Positions 19,389 through 28,811 of a DNA stretch of 64,000 bases are shown piece after piece; the first letter of the stretch is position 1, and each line of letters starts with the position of its first letter. The stretch comes from an uncultured Planctomycetaceae bacterium (lineage in GTDB: Bacteria > Planctomycetota > Planctomycetia > Isosphaerales > Isosphaeraceae). Made by a program: the position numbers and the translations under genes. The stretch is taken from NCBI GenBank assembly GCA_963833985.1, contig CAWIAD010000002.1:3936001-4000000 (forward strand), written 5' to 3'. The notes under the pieces were generated by a model. That model was not told the origin of the DNA and did not search any database. It saw only the letters and a list, made by a program, of their open reading frames with translations.

Positions 19389-20431
19389 CGATTGCCCGTG
19401 CGCATCTGGTGGATCCATCGGTTACTCGCTGGTATCACTGCATCACGCGGTGCGTGCGGCGGGCGTTTCTGCTGGGGGAGGGCGGGATCGACCGTAAAGA
19501 ATGGATCGAACGGCGGTTGCGGGAACTTGCGGAGATCTTCTCGGTGGCCGTGGGCGGGTTCGCCATCCTCGATAACCATCTGCATCTGCTGGTGCGGCTC
19601 GACCCCGATGTGGCGGCGGGGTGGGCGGATGAGGACATCGTGCGGCGCTGGGGGCGGCTTTTTCCGCCCCGCGACAAGGCTCGAAAGGCACTGCCGGTCT
19701 CGGAGGCTTGGGTCAAGGAACGGCTGAAAGACGTGAAGTGGGTGGCCACCGCACGCCAGCGGTTACAGAGCCTGAGCTGGTTCATGAAGTGCCTGAAGGA
19801 GCCGCTGTCACGGATGGCCAACCGCGAGGACGACACGCGCGGGGCGTTCTTCGAGGGGCGGTTCAAAAGCGTGGCGATCCTCGATGAGGAATCACTGCTG
19901 GCGACGTGTGCCTACATCGATCTGAACCCGGTGGCGGCGGGCATCGCTGAGGTGCCCGAGGCGAGCGCCCACACGTCGATCAAGGAACGCGTCGAGCATG
20001 TCCGGGACCAGGGTCGAGCCGAGGACCTGAAGGCCGCCGAGGCCGGCAGCGTGGCGGGGTCGCAGGCGGCGGAGGGGCTGGAAGAGGGTCTGTGGCTGTG
20101 CCCGATCGAGGACCGACGGGGGCTTGACTCGGACTCCGGTCTCGGTCGCGAAGGGATGGTCGAGGGGTTCTCGCTGGGCAGCTATCTGCTGCTGGTAGAG
20201 TACACCGGGCGGCTGTTTCGCGAGGGGAAGGCGGCGATCTCGGCGGAACTGGCGGGGATCCTGGAACGGCTGGGGAGCAATGCCGAGAGCTGGCAAGCGC
20301 GGCTGCTGAAGCTGGCCGGCGGTCGGCTGCTGGGGCGGTTCTTCGCGGCGAGTCGAGAGCGGCTGCGGGAGATTGCGGGGCGGCTGGGGCGGCATCATCT
20401 GGCGAACCTGGGCGGGTGCGAGGTGAGGTGA
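19385..20431 (+). mobile_element. REP-associated tyrosine transposase (RAYT)/Y1 HUH transposase, full length (348 aa)
   Basis: YHCITRCVRRAFLLG, HUH motif DNHLHLLV, GAFFEGRFKS, catalytic-Tyr motif AYIDLNPV. Confidence 0.9.
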
Positions 20432-20496
20432 TGAGCGTGATGCGGCGCGGTGCTGGTCGGGCTCACGCCCGAGGTTGGGGGCTGCGCCCGTGAAAA

Positions 20497-20705
20497 CCAC
20501 GTGCTCACGCACGTGGCCATGCGCCTCGGACGCCAGGGCGCAAACGCACGTGGCCACCCGCCCTGAACTCAGACGCTGGCGCACGTGGCCACCCGCCCTG
20601 GAATCCGCGGCGCTGGTGGACGTGGCCACCCGCCCCGGACTCCAGTGCGCTGGGGCACCTGGCCACGCGCTCTGTCCTGGCGGCTGCGCACGTGGCCACC
20701 CGCCT
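20497..20705 (+). repeat. Hairpin plus array of six ~18-bp palindromic repeats (consensus GCACGTGGCCACCCGCCC), period 33-37 nt
   Basis: Repeats start at 20509, 20546, 20581, 20618, 20655, 20688; perfect hairpin CCACGTGC-TCAC-GCACGTGG at 20497-20516. Confidence 0.85.
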
Positions 20706-21134
20706 GTGTAGGTGGGAGGAGATCGAGCCGCGGGGGGACGCAAGATCGCGGGCGTTTCGACCGTACACTGAATATGACGGCAGAGCATGCCATTGCATGC
20801 CGGGTATGCATCGGCACGCAAGGAGAACGTGCCCTACAGTTCTTTGCCAATGCGGCAGATGGTTCGGACCAGCGCACAGGCCGGCGGCGCGCTGGCCCCA
20901 CTCTCTTGCAGATCGGGTGAGGCGGTTTGCCGGATCGCCAGCGCGAAGACCGACGGAACCAAGCGAAAGTGGCAGGCCGGAACTGGCGCACCTAGCGAGG
21001 TGAAACAGCGAGGCCGGTCGGTACTTTCAGGATCGCGGGAGCCACCAAGCCCATCCTGGAACGAGGTGAGGCTTTCTGAGACCGATTCTGTTTCAACGGA
21101 TCAGCGCGCGTCCCTCAGTTTACGCCCCCAGTAA

Positions 21135-21221
21135 TGCCGAAGACAGGAGTTGAACCTGCACGGGGTAGTTAACCCCACTAGGACCTGAACCTAGCGCGTC
21201 TGCCAATTCCGCCACTTCGGC
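21135..21221 (-). tRNA. tRNA-Leu (anticodon CAG), 87 nt, CCA not encoded
   Basis: GCCGAAG/CTTCGGC acceptor stem, D-loop GGAATTGGCAGAC, anticodon arm CTAGG-TTCAGGT-CCTAG, long variable arm, GGTTCAACTCC T-arm. Confidence 0.96.
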
Positions 21222-21319
21222 TTGATGTCTTTACTATGAAGCCCGGGATGAGGGCAGTCAAGGGGGATGACGCGCGCCGCGGAAGGCCGGGAGCCGCGAA
21301 GCAGGGAGAAGCGGAAATG

Positions 21320-23228
21320 TCAGCGCGGGAGCTCCAGTACTTCCAGGTGCGAGGGCCTGGCGTGCGAATGATAGACCCGCTGGGTTGCCTTTTGAAAGTC
21401 GGACTCCTTGGCGGTGGCGATGTCGACGAATGTCTGCGGGTTCCGGTCCACCAGGGGGAACCAGGTGCTCTGGATCTGAATCATGATCGAGTGGCCGGTG
21501 CGGAACGTGTGAGCGATGTCGTTGAGCCGGAAGTTCACGGGCGTGGGCTGGTTGGCAACGAAGGGCTCAGAGGCCGAGAGGCTGTTGCGAAACCGCCCGC
21601 GCATCACGTCCCCGCGCACGAGCTGCTGGTAGCCGCCCAGGGGAATCGGGTTGCCGCCGACTCCGTTGCCCGGGAAGTCGGGAGGGTAAACGTCGATGAG
21701 CTTGACGATCCAGTCGGAGTCCGTTCCCGAGGTGGCCACGAAGAGACGCGCGTCGATCGCTCCGACCAGGGTCGTGTCTGCCTCCAGAGGGCCGGTCTGG
21801 TACACCAGGACGTCGGGCCGGCGCGGCGAACCGCTGGTCCTGGATCATGTAGTCGCCGTTCATGCGATGCGTGATCTGATCGATATATTCTACCGGGTGT
21901 GCGGGGTCGCTCGTGTACTCGTCGAATTCGGGTGCGGAAGATTCGCCGGGCGGCTCGTCCGTGATGCGCCCTGAGACGTTCAAATAGAGCAAGCGCTTGC
22001 GGGCCTTGCGGGGCGGCCAGGTGTCGAACTCGCGCCACTGGTTGGTTCCCGTCTCGAAGACGCGGGCCTCGGAGAAGCTGGGCGCGCCCTTGCCCTTGAG
22101 GAAGTACTGGAAGAAGGGGAACTCGATCTCGTCGCGGAAGTGGGCCGAGGTGCTGGAGTGAAAGGGAATCGGGCCGAGGGAGGCGCCGTCGCCGCGGGAC
22201 CAGCCGCCGTGCAGCCACGGGCCCATCACCAGCAGGTTGGTCGTGCCCGGGCTGGCGGCCTCGACATTCTTGTAGACCTCCAGGGCCCCATACAGGTTCT
22301 CGGCGTCGAACCAGCCGCCTACGGTCAGGACGGCCGGGCGGATGTTCTTCAAGTGGGGGCGCAGGTTGCGGGCGGTCCAGAAGTCGTCATATTTCGCGTG
22401 CCTCATCATCTCGTTCCAGAAGGGCACGTCGTTCTTGAAATACCTCGTGTTGGCGTTCGCCAGCGGCCCTAATTGCAAATAGAAGCGATAGCCGTCGGGC
22501 GTGCCGTAGTCGAAGCGTTCGACCACTTCCTTCGCGGTCGGCTGCTTGCGCGGGTGGCCGTGGAAGGCGAGAAAGTCGAAGGCGTGCGGCAGGAACAGGG
22601 CACCGTTGTGGTGCCAGTCATCGCCGGCGAACCAGTCGGCGATGGGAGCCTGGGGGGACACCGCCTTGAGCGCAGGATGGGCGTCGATCATGCCGGCCGC
22701 GACGTAGAAGCCGGGGTACGAGATTCCCCACATCCCCACCTTGCCGTTGTGGTTGGGCACGTTCTTGATCAGCCAGTCGATGGTGTCGAAGGTATCGGTG
22801 CTCTCGTCGATATCGCTCGGACCGTTCTTGATGTCCTTGTGCGGGCGCATGTCGACGAACTCGCCCTCCGACATCCACTCCCCGCGCACGTCCTGGTAGG
22901 CCACGATATAGCCCTCACCTCCGAAGAGCGGCGACGGGCCCAGGTCGGACTTGTAGGCGTCCGCTCCATAGGGCTGCACGCTGTAGGGCGTCCGGCAGAG
23001 CAAGATCGGATAGGTCTGCGTCCGGTCCTTGGGGAGATAAACAGCCGTGAACAGTTTCACGCCGTCGCGCATCGGGATGCGGAACTCGTACTTCGTGTAG
23101 TTCGCCTTCACCAGCTCGATGCCTTGAGCCGATAGCCATGCGGGCCAGGCTGCCAGAGCCAGCCAGACGGGCCATGCGGAGACCACCGGCAGGGCCGGAA
23201 CAGGATTGAGACCGGACAGAAGACGCAT
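21320..23228 (-). CDS. CocE/NonD-family hydrolase (alpha-amino acid ester hydrolase/glutaryl-7-ACA acylase-like), frameshift near 21820
   Basis: IPMRDGVKL, RTPY, YQDVRG, nucleophile GISYPG, GGWFDAE, GPWLHG; C-terminal domain continues in ORF 21320..21805. Confidence 0.9.
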
Positions 23229-23535
23229 GGGCTCGATACTCCGGGTAAGCGCATCGGGATCGGTGATGCCAGGGCGACCGGCAAGCCGTTGGCCCCTGTT
23301 TCCTGATTTCAGCGGTCCAGAGTACGGTAAAGGCGGCTTCGAATCGGCGCCCCAGTGCGGGCCGGCGGCGCGGGTTCCAGGCGGCTGGTCGCGGGACACA
23401 TCCTGACGAATTCGGGCCGTCCCGCTGAGTATCAGCTTGCTGGCTCGAACTATCCGCCATGATCCGCGGCTCGATACACTGGTTCAACCCGAGATCGAGA
23501 GGAAATGCATCCCAACGGCCCATGGAGAGGCGACC

Positions 23536-25029
23536 ATGATCCTATCCCAAGCAGCCCTTCATCGACTCATCGAGGAGCAGATGCAGGGGTATCGCTTCAT
23601 TGTCGTGGCGAATCGAGAGCCTTTTGTCCATCAGTACGAGGGAAAGGGCATCAAAGTGCTGCGTCCGGCCAGCGGGATGGCCTCGGCCCTTCACCCCGTT
23701 CTGCTTGCGTGCGATGGGACATGGGTGAGCCACGGCAGTGGCGACGCCGACCGCGTGGTGGTTGATGAACACGACCGCATCCGGGTGCCGCCGGAGGACC
23801 CGCACTACACTTTACGGCGTGTCTGGCTCACTCCGGAGCAGGAAGAGGGATACTACTACGGCCTGGCCAATGGCGGACTCTGGCCGCTTTGCCACATCAC
23901 GTACACGCGGCCGCGCTTCAACCCCCGGGACTGGGAGACCTATCGCGAAGTCAACCGTCTCTTCGCGGATGCCGTGCTCGAGGAAGTTGGAACGGATCCC
24001 GCGTTCGTCTTCATCCAGGACTTCCACTTCTGTCTTTTGCCGCGGATGCTGAAGAATGCCCATCCCGGCCTGATCGTGGCGCAGTTCTGGCACATCCCCT
24101 GGCCCAATCGAGAGGTGTTCCGCACTTTCCCCTGGGGACAAGAACTGCTTGATGGATTGCTGGGCAACGATATGCTGGGTTTTCACGTGCATTATCATTG
24201 TCAGAACTTTCTGGACACCGTCGATCGTGGAATCGAGGCGAGGGTTGACCCCGACCGCTACGAGATCCACCGTGGCGGCCACAGTACCCTGGTGCGCCCG
24301 TTCCCGATTAGCATTGACTTCGAGGCCCACGATCAGAAAGCCAGAAGCCCGCAGGTCGAGGCCGCCATGGACCGCTGGCGTCACGATCTCAGGCTCCGGG
24401 ACGAACCAATCGGGGTGGGCATCGAGCGCCTGGACTACACCAAGGGGATCCCCGATCGTCTCCTCGGATTCGACTATCTGCTTGAGACCCATCCCGAGTA
24501 CCGAGGCCGAACGCGGTTCATCCAGGTGGCCGTGCCGACTCGAACACATGTGCCCGCGTACCAGCAGATTGACCGCGAGGTCGATGAAACGGTCCGGGCC
24601 ATCAATGATCGATGGCGCACCGAAGGCTGGGAGCCAATCACGTACATCAGGCGACATCAGGGGCCCGCGGAGATGATGGCCCTGCACCGCCTGGCCCGCT
24701 TCTGCGTGGTCAGCTCACTTCACGACGGCATGAACCTCGTGGCCAAGGAGTACATTGCCAGTCGCCATGATGAGGATGGAGTCCTGATCCTGAGCCGGTT
24801 CACCGGCTCGGCGCGCGAGCTGGATGATGCGATCCTGGTCAATCCTTTCTCGGTCGGAGAGATCGCGGAGTCGATGCACGCGGCGCTCACCATGTCCGAG
24901 GAGGAGCGGCGCCGGCGAATGCAAAGAATGCGGGCTCACGTACAGAAGAAGAACGTCTACCGCTGGGCCTTCCGGATCCTCTCCAGTCTGCTCAAGTTTG
25001 ATTTCCCTGAGGGAGCCGACGGCGAGTGA
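23536..25029 (+). CDS. otsA: Trehalose-6-phosphate synthase (GT20)
   Basis: [38 protein letters not shown]. Confidence 0.92.
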   Translation: MILSQAALHRLIEEQMQGYRFIVVANREPFVHQYEGKGIKVLRPASGMASALHPVLLACDGTWVSHGSGDADRVVVDEHDRIRVPPEDPHYTLRRVWLTPEQEEGYYYGLANGGLWPLCHITYTRPRFNPRDWETYREVNRLFADAVLEEVGTDPAFVFIQDFHFCLLPRMLKNAHPGLIVAQFWHIPWPNREVFRTFPWGQELLDGLLGNDMLGFHVHYHCQNFLDTVDRGIEARVDPDRYEIHRGGHSTLVRPFPISIDFEAHDQKARSPQVEAAMDRWRHDLRLRDEPIGVGIERLDYTKGIPDRLLGFDYLLETHPEYRGRTRFIQVAVPTRTHVPAYQQIDREVDETVRAINDRWRTEGWEPITYIRRHQGPAEMMALHRLARFCVVSSLHDGMNLVAKEYIASRHDEDGVLILSRFTGSARELDDAILVNPFSVGEIAESMHAALTMSEEERRRRMQRMRAHVQKKNVYRWAFRILSSLLKFDFPEGADGE

Positions 25030-25084
25030 CCGTCTCATGGCCTCTCTCCGGGTGATCTGTCCGCACGTGATCCGAGGGTTGATC

Positions 25085-26377
25085 TCAGAGGCCCAATCCC
25101 AGCCGGTGGCGATGGTAGTTCAGCCTGTCGGCCGGGGACATCGTCGCGAAGTCTGGCCGGCCGTTGGACGGAGGCGCCTGGCCGCGGGCGTGGGGCACGG
25201 CGATGGACTCGGTAACCCTGGTCGCCGGCGCCGGGCAAGCGCAGGAGGCTCCGGAACCCTGGCATGAGCACGCGTGATGCGATTTCGTAAGAGGCAAGGT
25301 TCGAGGCTGCTCCCGAGGCGGTTCCGGCGCAGGGACAACCACGGAAGGGCCGCCGGCGTAGCTCATCGCTTGCTCACTGATCCTCAGGTCGTCCTCGAGC
25401 GGGCGTTGCGGCCTGACGCCCAGCTTACCCAGGACGGCGTGATAGGCCTTCACCGCATCCACAGGGCCAATATGTCCGTCGACGATGAGCCGCAGGAACT
25501 GGACGAAGGCGAGCTGATTCTCGGCGTGGTTGATCTTGCGGCCGAAGAGAGCCACCCGCGCGCCATATTTCTGGGCGTCGGCCAGGAGCTGGAAGGCGTC
25601 GCGCGTGGTGCCTGAGGAACCGCCGAGGATGCCGACGATGAGCTGCGGGTCGAAGCGCACCAGCTCCTCCATGGCCTTGGGCCCGTGATAGGCGATCTTC
25701 AGGAAGATGGGCCGGCCGGCCGGCGAGACTCCGGCCAGCATGCGCGTGATCATGTCATTGATGTAATGGGGCAGGAGATCGGGCGCGACCGCGGAGGGAA
25801 CGTTCGGGTCGAAGACCTCCAGGAAGTATCGAAAGCCCTTGCGCTCGGCCTCCCGGCGGAAGGAATGGAAGTGCTCGAGCGTCTCCTTGTCGCGCTCCAG
25901 GTCGTTGTTGAAGGTGACGCTGTACAGACCGAGATTCGCTCCCTGGGTGCGCTCCTCGGGTGCGCAGTCGAGGTGGCCGCACTGGATATGGTCGATGCTG
26001 GCGGTGCGGAACGGCCGCGAGGCTTCGGCCGCGTAGCTCGAGCCGCGCGCGAGGTGGATGTCGGTGGTGTCATTGGCGCGCACGGCGGGCGTCACGGGCG
26101 AGCGGTCGAAGAGCCGTTCGTGCAGCGTCAAGGCATGGTTCGAGCTGGCGGACATGAGCATGATGTCGACCAGGCCCTGGCGTGTGATCAGCCGCATCTG
26201 ATCGCGGTATTCCTCGAGCGTCTTGAACCGGACCTCGCCGGCGTGCATCTCCGGAGACTTGCCCGGAGCGCCCAGCCCGAGCGCCATGTCGGCGTCCTTG
26301 GCATCGGCCAGGATGAACTCGCGGCAGCCGGGATCGGCATGAATCGCGGCCAGCTTGAGGTCGAGGGACTTGATCAT
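25085..26377 (-). CDS. Hypothetical class I aldolase-like TIM-barrel protein; last gene of the BMC operon
   Basis: FLEVF, FLKIAY (candidate Schiff-base Lys), GILGG and GARVALFGRKI resemble DhnA/LacD-type barrels; starts 2 nt after the dehydrogenase stop; GGAGG RBS. Confidence 0.65.
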   Translation of the reverse strand: MIKSLDLKLAAIHADPGCREFILADAKDADMALGLGAPGKSPEMHAGEVRFKTLEEYRDQMRLITRQGLVDIMLMSASSNHALTLHERLFDRSPVTPAVRANDTTDIHLARGSSYAAEASRPFRTASIDHIQCGHLDCAPEERTQGANLGLYSVTFNNDLERDKETLEHFHSFRREAERKGFRYFLEVFDPNVPSAVAPDLLPHYINDMITRMLAGVSPAGRPIFLKIAYHGPKAMEELVRFDPQLIVGILGGSSGTTRDAFQLLADAQKYGARVALFGRKINHAENQLAFVQFLRLIVDGHIGPVDAVKAYHAVLGKLGVRPQRPLEDDLRISEQAMSYAGGPSVVVPAPEPPREQPRTLPLTKSHHACSCQGSGASCACPAPATRVTESIAVPHARGQAPPSNGRPDFATMSPADRLNYHRHRLGLGL

Positions 26378-26378
26378 C

Positions 26379-27488
26379 TCAGCGGCCTCCGCGTTGATTG
26401 CCATGCCCCTGGCCAGAGATGGTGACGCGCGACCCACCCCCTCCAGCCTGGCCATTGCCACCGGCACCCATGGTCACGCGCACCGGGCGGACGCTGGAAC
26501 CGGAGCTCTCCTGCGAACCTTTCACCGACGCGATCGCAGACTTGCCGGCGGCCCTGGGATTGTTCTTTTGAACCTGAGCGATCGTCTCGCGGAGGACCTG
26601 TGCCGAATGCTGGAGAGCCGAGGTTTCCTTGGGCCAGAGTGCGATTTCGAGCTGGGCCTCGACGCCCCGCCGGCCGACGACGGTGGGGACCGACAGGCAA
26701 ACGTCGCGAATGCCATAGGTGCCGTCAACCAGCGAAGAGACCGGGAGGACGCGTTTCGAGTCGAGCGCGACGGCGTGGACGACCTCACGGATTGACAGCC
26801 CGACGGCGAACCCCGCGCCGGTCTTGAGCTTGATCACCTCCGCACCGCTCCCCCTGGTGCGGGCGAACAGGGCGTCCGCCGTGGCACTCGTCCAGCCCGG
26901 GAACTTCTCGAGCGGCAGCCCCGCCGCTTGAGCGGCCGACCAGAGGGGCACCATGCTATCGCCGTGCTCGCCGAGGATGAGCGCGGTCACCTGGGTGGCA
27001 GGCAGCTTGAGCTCCTCGGCGATCAGGCTGCGGAACCGGGCGGTGTCGAGCACGGTCCCCAGGCCAATGACCTGGTGTGATGGCAGTCCAAGCTGGGTCG
27101 TGGCCAGGTAGGTCAGGACGTCGACCGGGTTCGACACCACCAGGATGATCGCGTCTTTCCTCAGCCCGGCAGACTTCACCTTGTCAAGGATATCGAGGAA
27201 CAGGGCGACGTTGCGGTTGATGAGGTCAAGCCGGCTCTCGTCGGGCTTGCGGCGCAGACCGGCCGTGATCATGACCAGGTCGCTCTCGGGGATGGCCTCG
27301 TAGCCCGTGGCGCGAATGCGCTGATCGGCCACCAGCGAGCTGCCGTGCAGCAGGTCGAGCGCCTGGCCCTTGCACTGATCGGCGTTCAGGTCGATGAGGT
27401 CAATAGCGCTGACCACGCCACCGCATTGCAGCGCGAACCCGGCGCACGAGCCGACCAGGCCGCCGCCGCCGATGATGCTGATCTTCAC
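26379..27488 (-). CDS. Lactate/malate dehydrogenase-family protein (PV BMC)
   Basis: IIGGGGLVG, ITAG.RRKPDESRLDL, VSNPVD, GTVLDTAR, GEHGDS; GTG start after AGGAG. Confidence 0.92.
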   Translation of the reverse strand: MKISIIGGGGLVGSCAGFALQCGGVVSAIDLIDLNADQCKGQALDLLHGSSLVADQRIRATGYEAIPESDLVMITAGLRRKPDESRLDLINRNVALFLDILDKVKSAGLRKDAIILVVSNPVDVLTYLATTQLGLPSHQVIGLGTVLDTARFRSLIAEELKLPATQVTALILGEHGDSMVPLWSAAQAAGLPLEKFPGWTSATADALFARTRGSGAEVIKLKTGAGFAVGLSIREVVHAVALDSKRVLPVSSLVDGTYGIRDVCLSVPTVVGRRGVEAQLEIALWPKETSALQHSAQVLRETIAQVQKNNPRAAGKSAIASVKGSQESSGSSVRPVRVTMGAGGNGQAGGGGSRVTISGQGHGNQRGGR

Positions 27489-27531
27489 CGTCGATCTCCT
27501 CTCTTTCACCTACAGTGAAAACGAATCAGGT

Positions 27532-28482
27532 TCATCGGACCGCCCCATTGAGGGCGTTCATGACCTGGTCCGTGATGGTCTTGACGAGGGCGTCGATGTC
27601 GGGGCCGCCGGCGTGACCGTTAGACGAGGGCTGGCTCGCGGTCGCTGGCGCTGACTGTGAAGGCACCTGGCAGGCGACCCCAGCGCCGGCGGGCTGGCCG
27701 TTTTCCATGAGCTTCGGATGGATGAAGACCCTGGGCTCGGGGCTGAATTCGCCATAGCCCTGACGAAAAAGGCTGTTGCCGCAGAGGTCGCAGTTCTCCA
27801 GCCCGCGCGTCAGCCGCGGATCGGGGATGCCCAGGTTGGGCTTGAGCTTGATCAACTCGGCCGCCTTTTCATCGTTGTAGTAATTCACCTTGCCCAGTTG
27901 CTTCGCCAGGAGCAAGATCCGGCAGTAAGCGTCGATGATCTCGGTCTTGAAGTAAGCATCTTCCAGGTCGGTGCCGTAGGTCACCGTGCCGTGGTTGGCC
28001 AGCAGGATGGTCTCGGTGTCCTTGACGAAAGGGAGGACGGTCTCGGCGAACTTCTGGCCGCCGGGCGTCTCGTAGGGCGAGATCGCCACCTCGCCCAGGA
28101 AGACCTCGATCTCGGGCAGGACGCACTTGGGGATTGGCTCCTGGGCCACGGCGAAGGCCGTCGCGTGCGGGGGATGGCAGTGCACGACGGAGCGAATATC
28201 CGCGCGTGCTTTCATGATGGTCAGATGAAGCAGGATCTCGCTGGAGCGCTTGCGTTTGCCGGAGACCTGCTTGCCGTCGAGGTCGACGATGCACAGATCG
28301 TCTGGCTTCATGAATCCCTTGGACACGCGTGTCGGCGTACAGAGCACGCGGTCGTCGGAGAGCTTGTAGCTGATGTTGCCGTCATTGGCCGCGGCGAACC
28401 CCTTGGCATAGATGCGCCGGCCGATCTCGCACATCATCTCGCGTTGCTTCCATTCGTTTGCGCCATTGCCGTTGCTGATCAT
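27532..28482 (-). CDS. Class II aldolase (FucA/RhaD-like; PV BMC signature enzyme, PvmN-like) with C-terminal encapsulation peptide
   Basis: DGNIS, SSEILLH, HCHPPHATA, LLANHG; C-terminal DIDALVKTITDQVMNAL. Confidence 0.92.
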   Translation of the reverse strand: MISNGNGANEWKQREMMCEIGRRIYAKGFAAANDGNISYKLSDDRVLCTPTRVSKGFMKPDDLCIVDLDGKQVSGKRKRSSEILLHLTIMKARADIRSVVHCHPPHATAFAVAQEPIPKCVLPEIEVFLGEVAISPYETPGGQKFAETVLPFVKDTETILLANHGTVTYGTDLEDAYFKTEIIDAYCRILLLAKQLGKVNYYNDEKAAELIKLKPNLGIPDPRLTRGLENCDLCGNSLFRQGYGEFSPEPRVFIHPKLMENGQPAGAGVACQVPSQSAPATASQPSSNGHAGGPDIDALVKTITDQVMNALNGAVR

Positions 28483-28508
28483 CTTTGAATCCTCACCTTG
28501 GTTCCGGG

Positions 28509-28811
28509 TTACCGGGGATGGTCCGTGTCTTGCCAGAAGGAAAGCTGGTCGATCAAACAGGCGCTGTAGGCATCGACCGGGGTCAACGTCTTGCCGAATG
28601 GGTTCGCCGCCTCGCGGCCTTCACTCACCGCGATCAGGGCGCCAGGGCCCGCGCCGAGGTTGTCGTAGACGATGATCTCCTCGCTGCGTGCGAGAGAGCC
28701 CTCTGTGAGAGCCTCCCGCGGCAGCGGGAGCGCCACCAGGAACCGGCCGCCTCGCAGGCTGGGATGGAAGCGTGAAAGCGTGACGCGGCCAATCACCTCG
28801 GCAATCCTCAT
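28509..28811 (-). CDS. BMC-P (EutN/CcmL) vertex shell protein
   Basis: MRIAEVIGRVTLS...YDNLGAGPG...SEGREAA...PVDA. Confidence 0.88.
   Translation of the reverse strand: MRIAEVIGRVTLSRFHPSLRGGRFLVALPLPREALTEGSLARSEEIIVYDNLGAGPGALIAVSEGREAANPFGKTLTPVDAYSACLIDQLSFWQDTDHPR

Larger units (their letters stand above)
18743..19856 (+). repeat. 557-bp tandem direct duplication (18743-19299 and 19300-19856)
   Basis: Identical by eye except A18998/C19555 (synonymous Gly codon); unit covers the last purine unit, promoter, RBS and 5' half of the transposase. Confidence 0.93.

Noticed and set aside
19385..20431. IS200/IS605 element with TnpB/IscB and omega RNA
   Set aside because: No RuvC-type ORF follows; the protein is the long RAYT type, not a short TnpA
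20509..20705. Canonical CRISPR array or TIGR array
   Set aside because: Repeats (~18 bp) and linkers (15-19 nt) are too short for CRISPR, the linkers are partly related, and no cas or Nop-domain (Tas) gene is in the window; kept as a transposase-linked array
20720..21130. ncRNA or gene remnant between the repeat array and the tRNA
   Set aside because: Only weak palindromes and motif-less ORFs; nothing I can support
15100..21135. Intact prophage or ICE at tRNA-Leu
   Set aside because: No integrase, phage or conjugation genes, and no att direct repeat of the tRNA 3' end found
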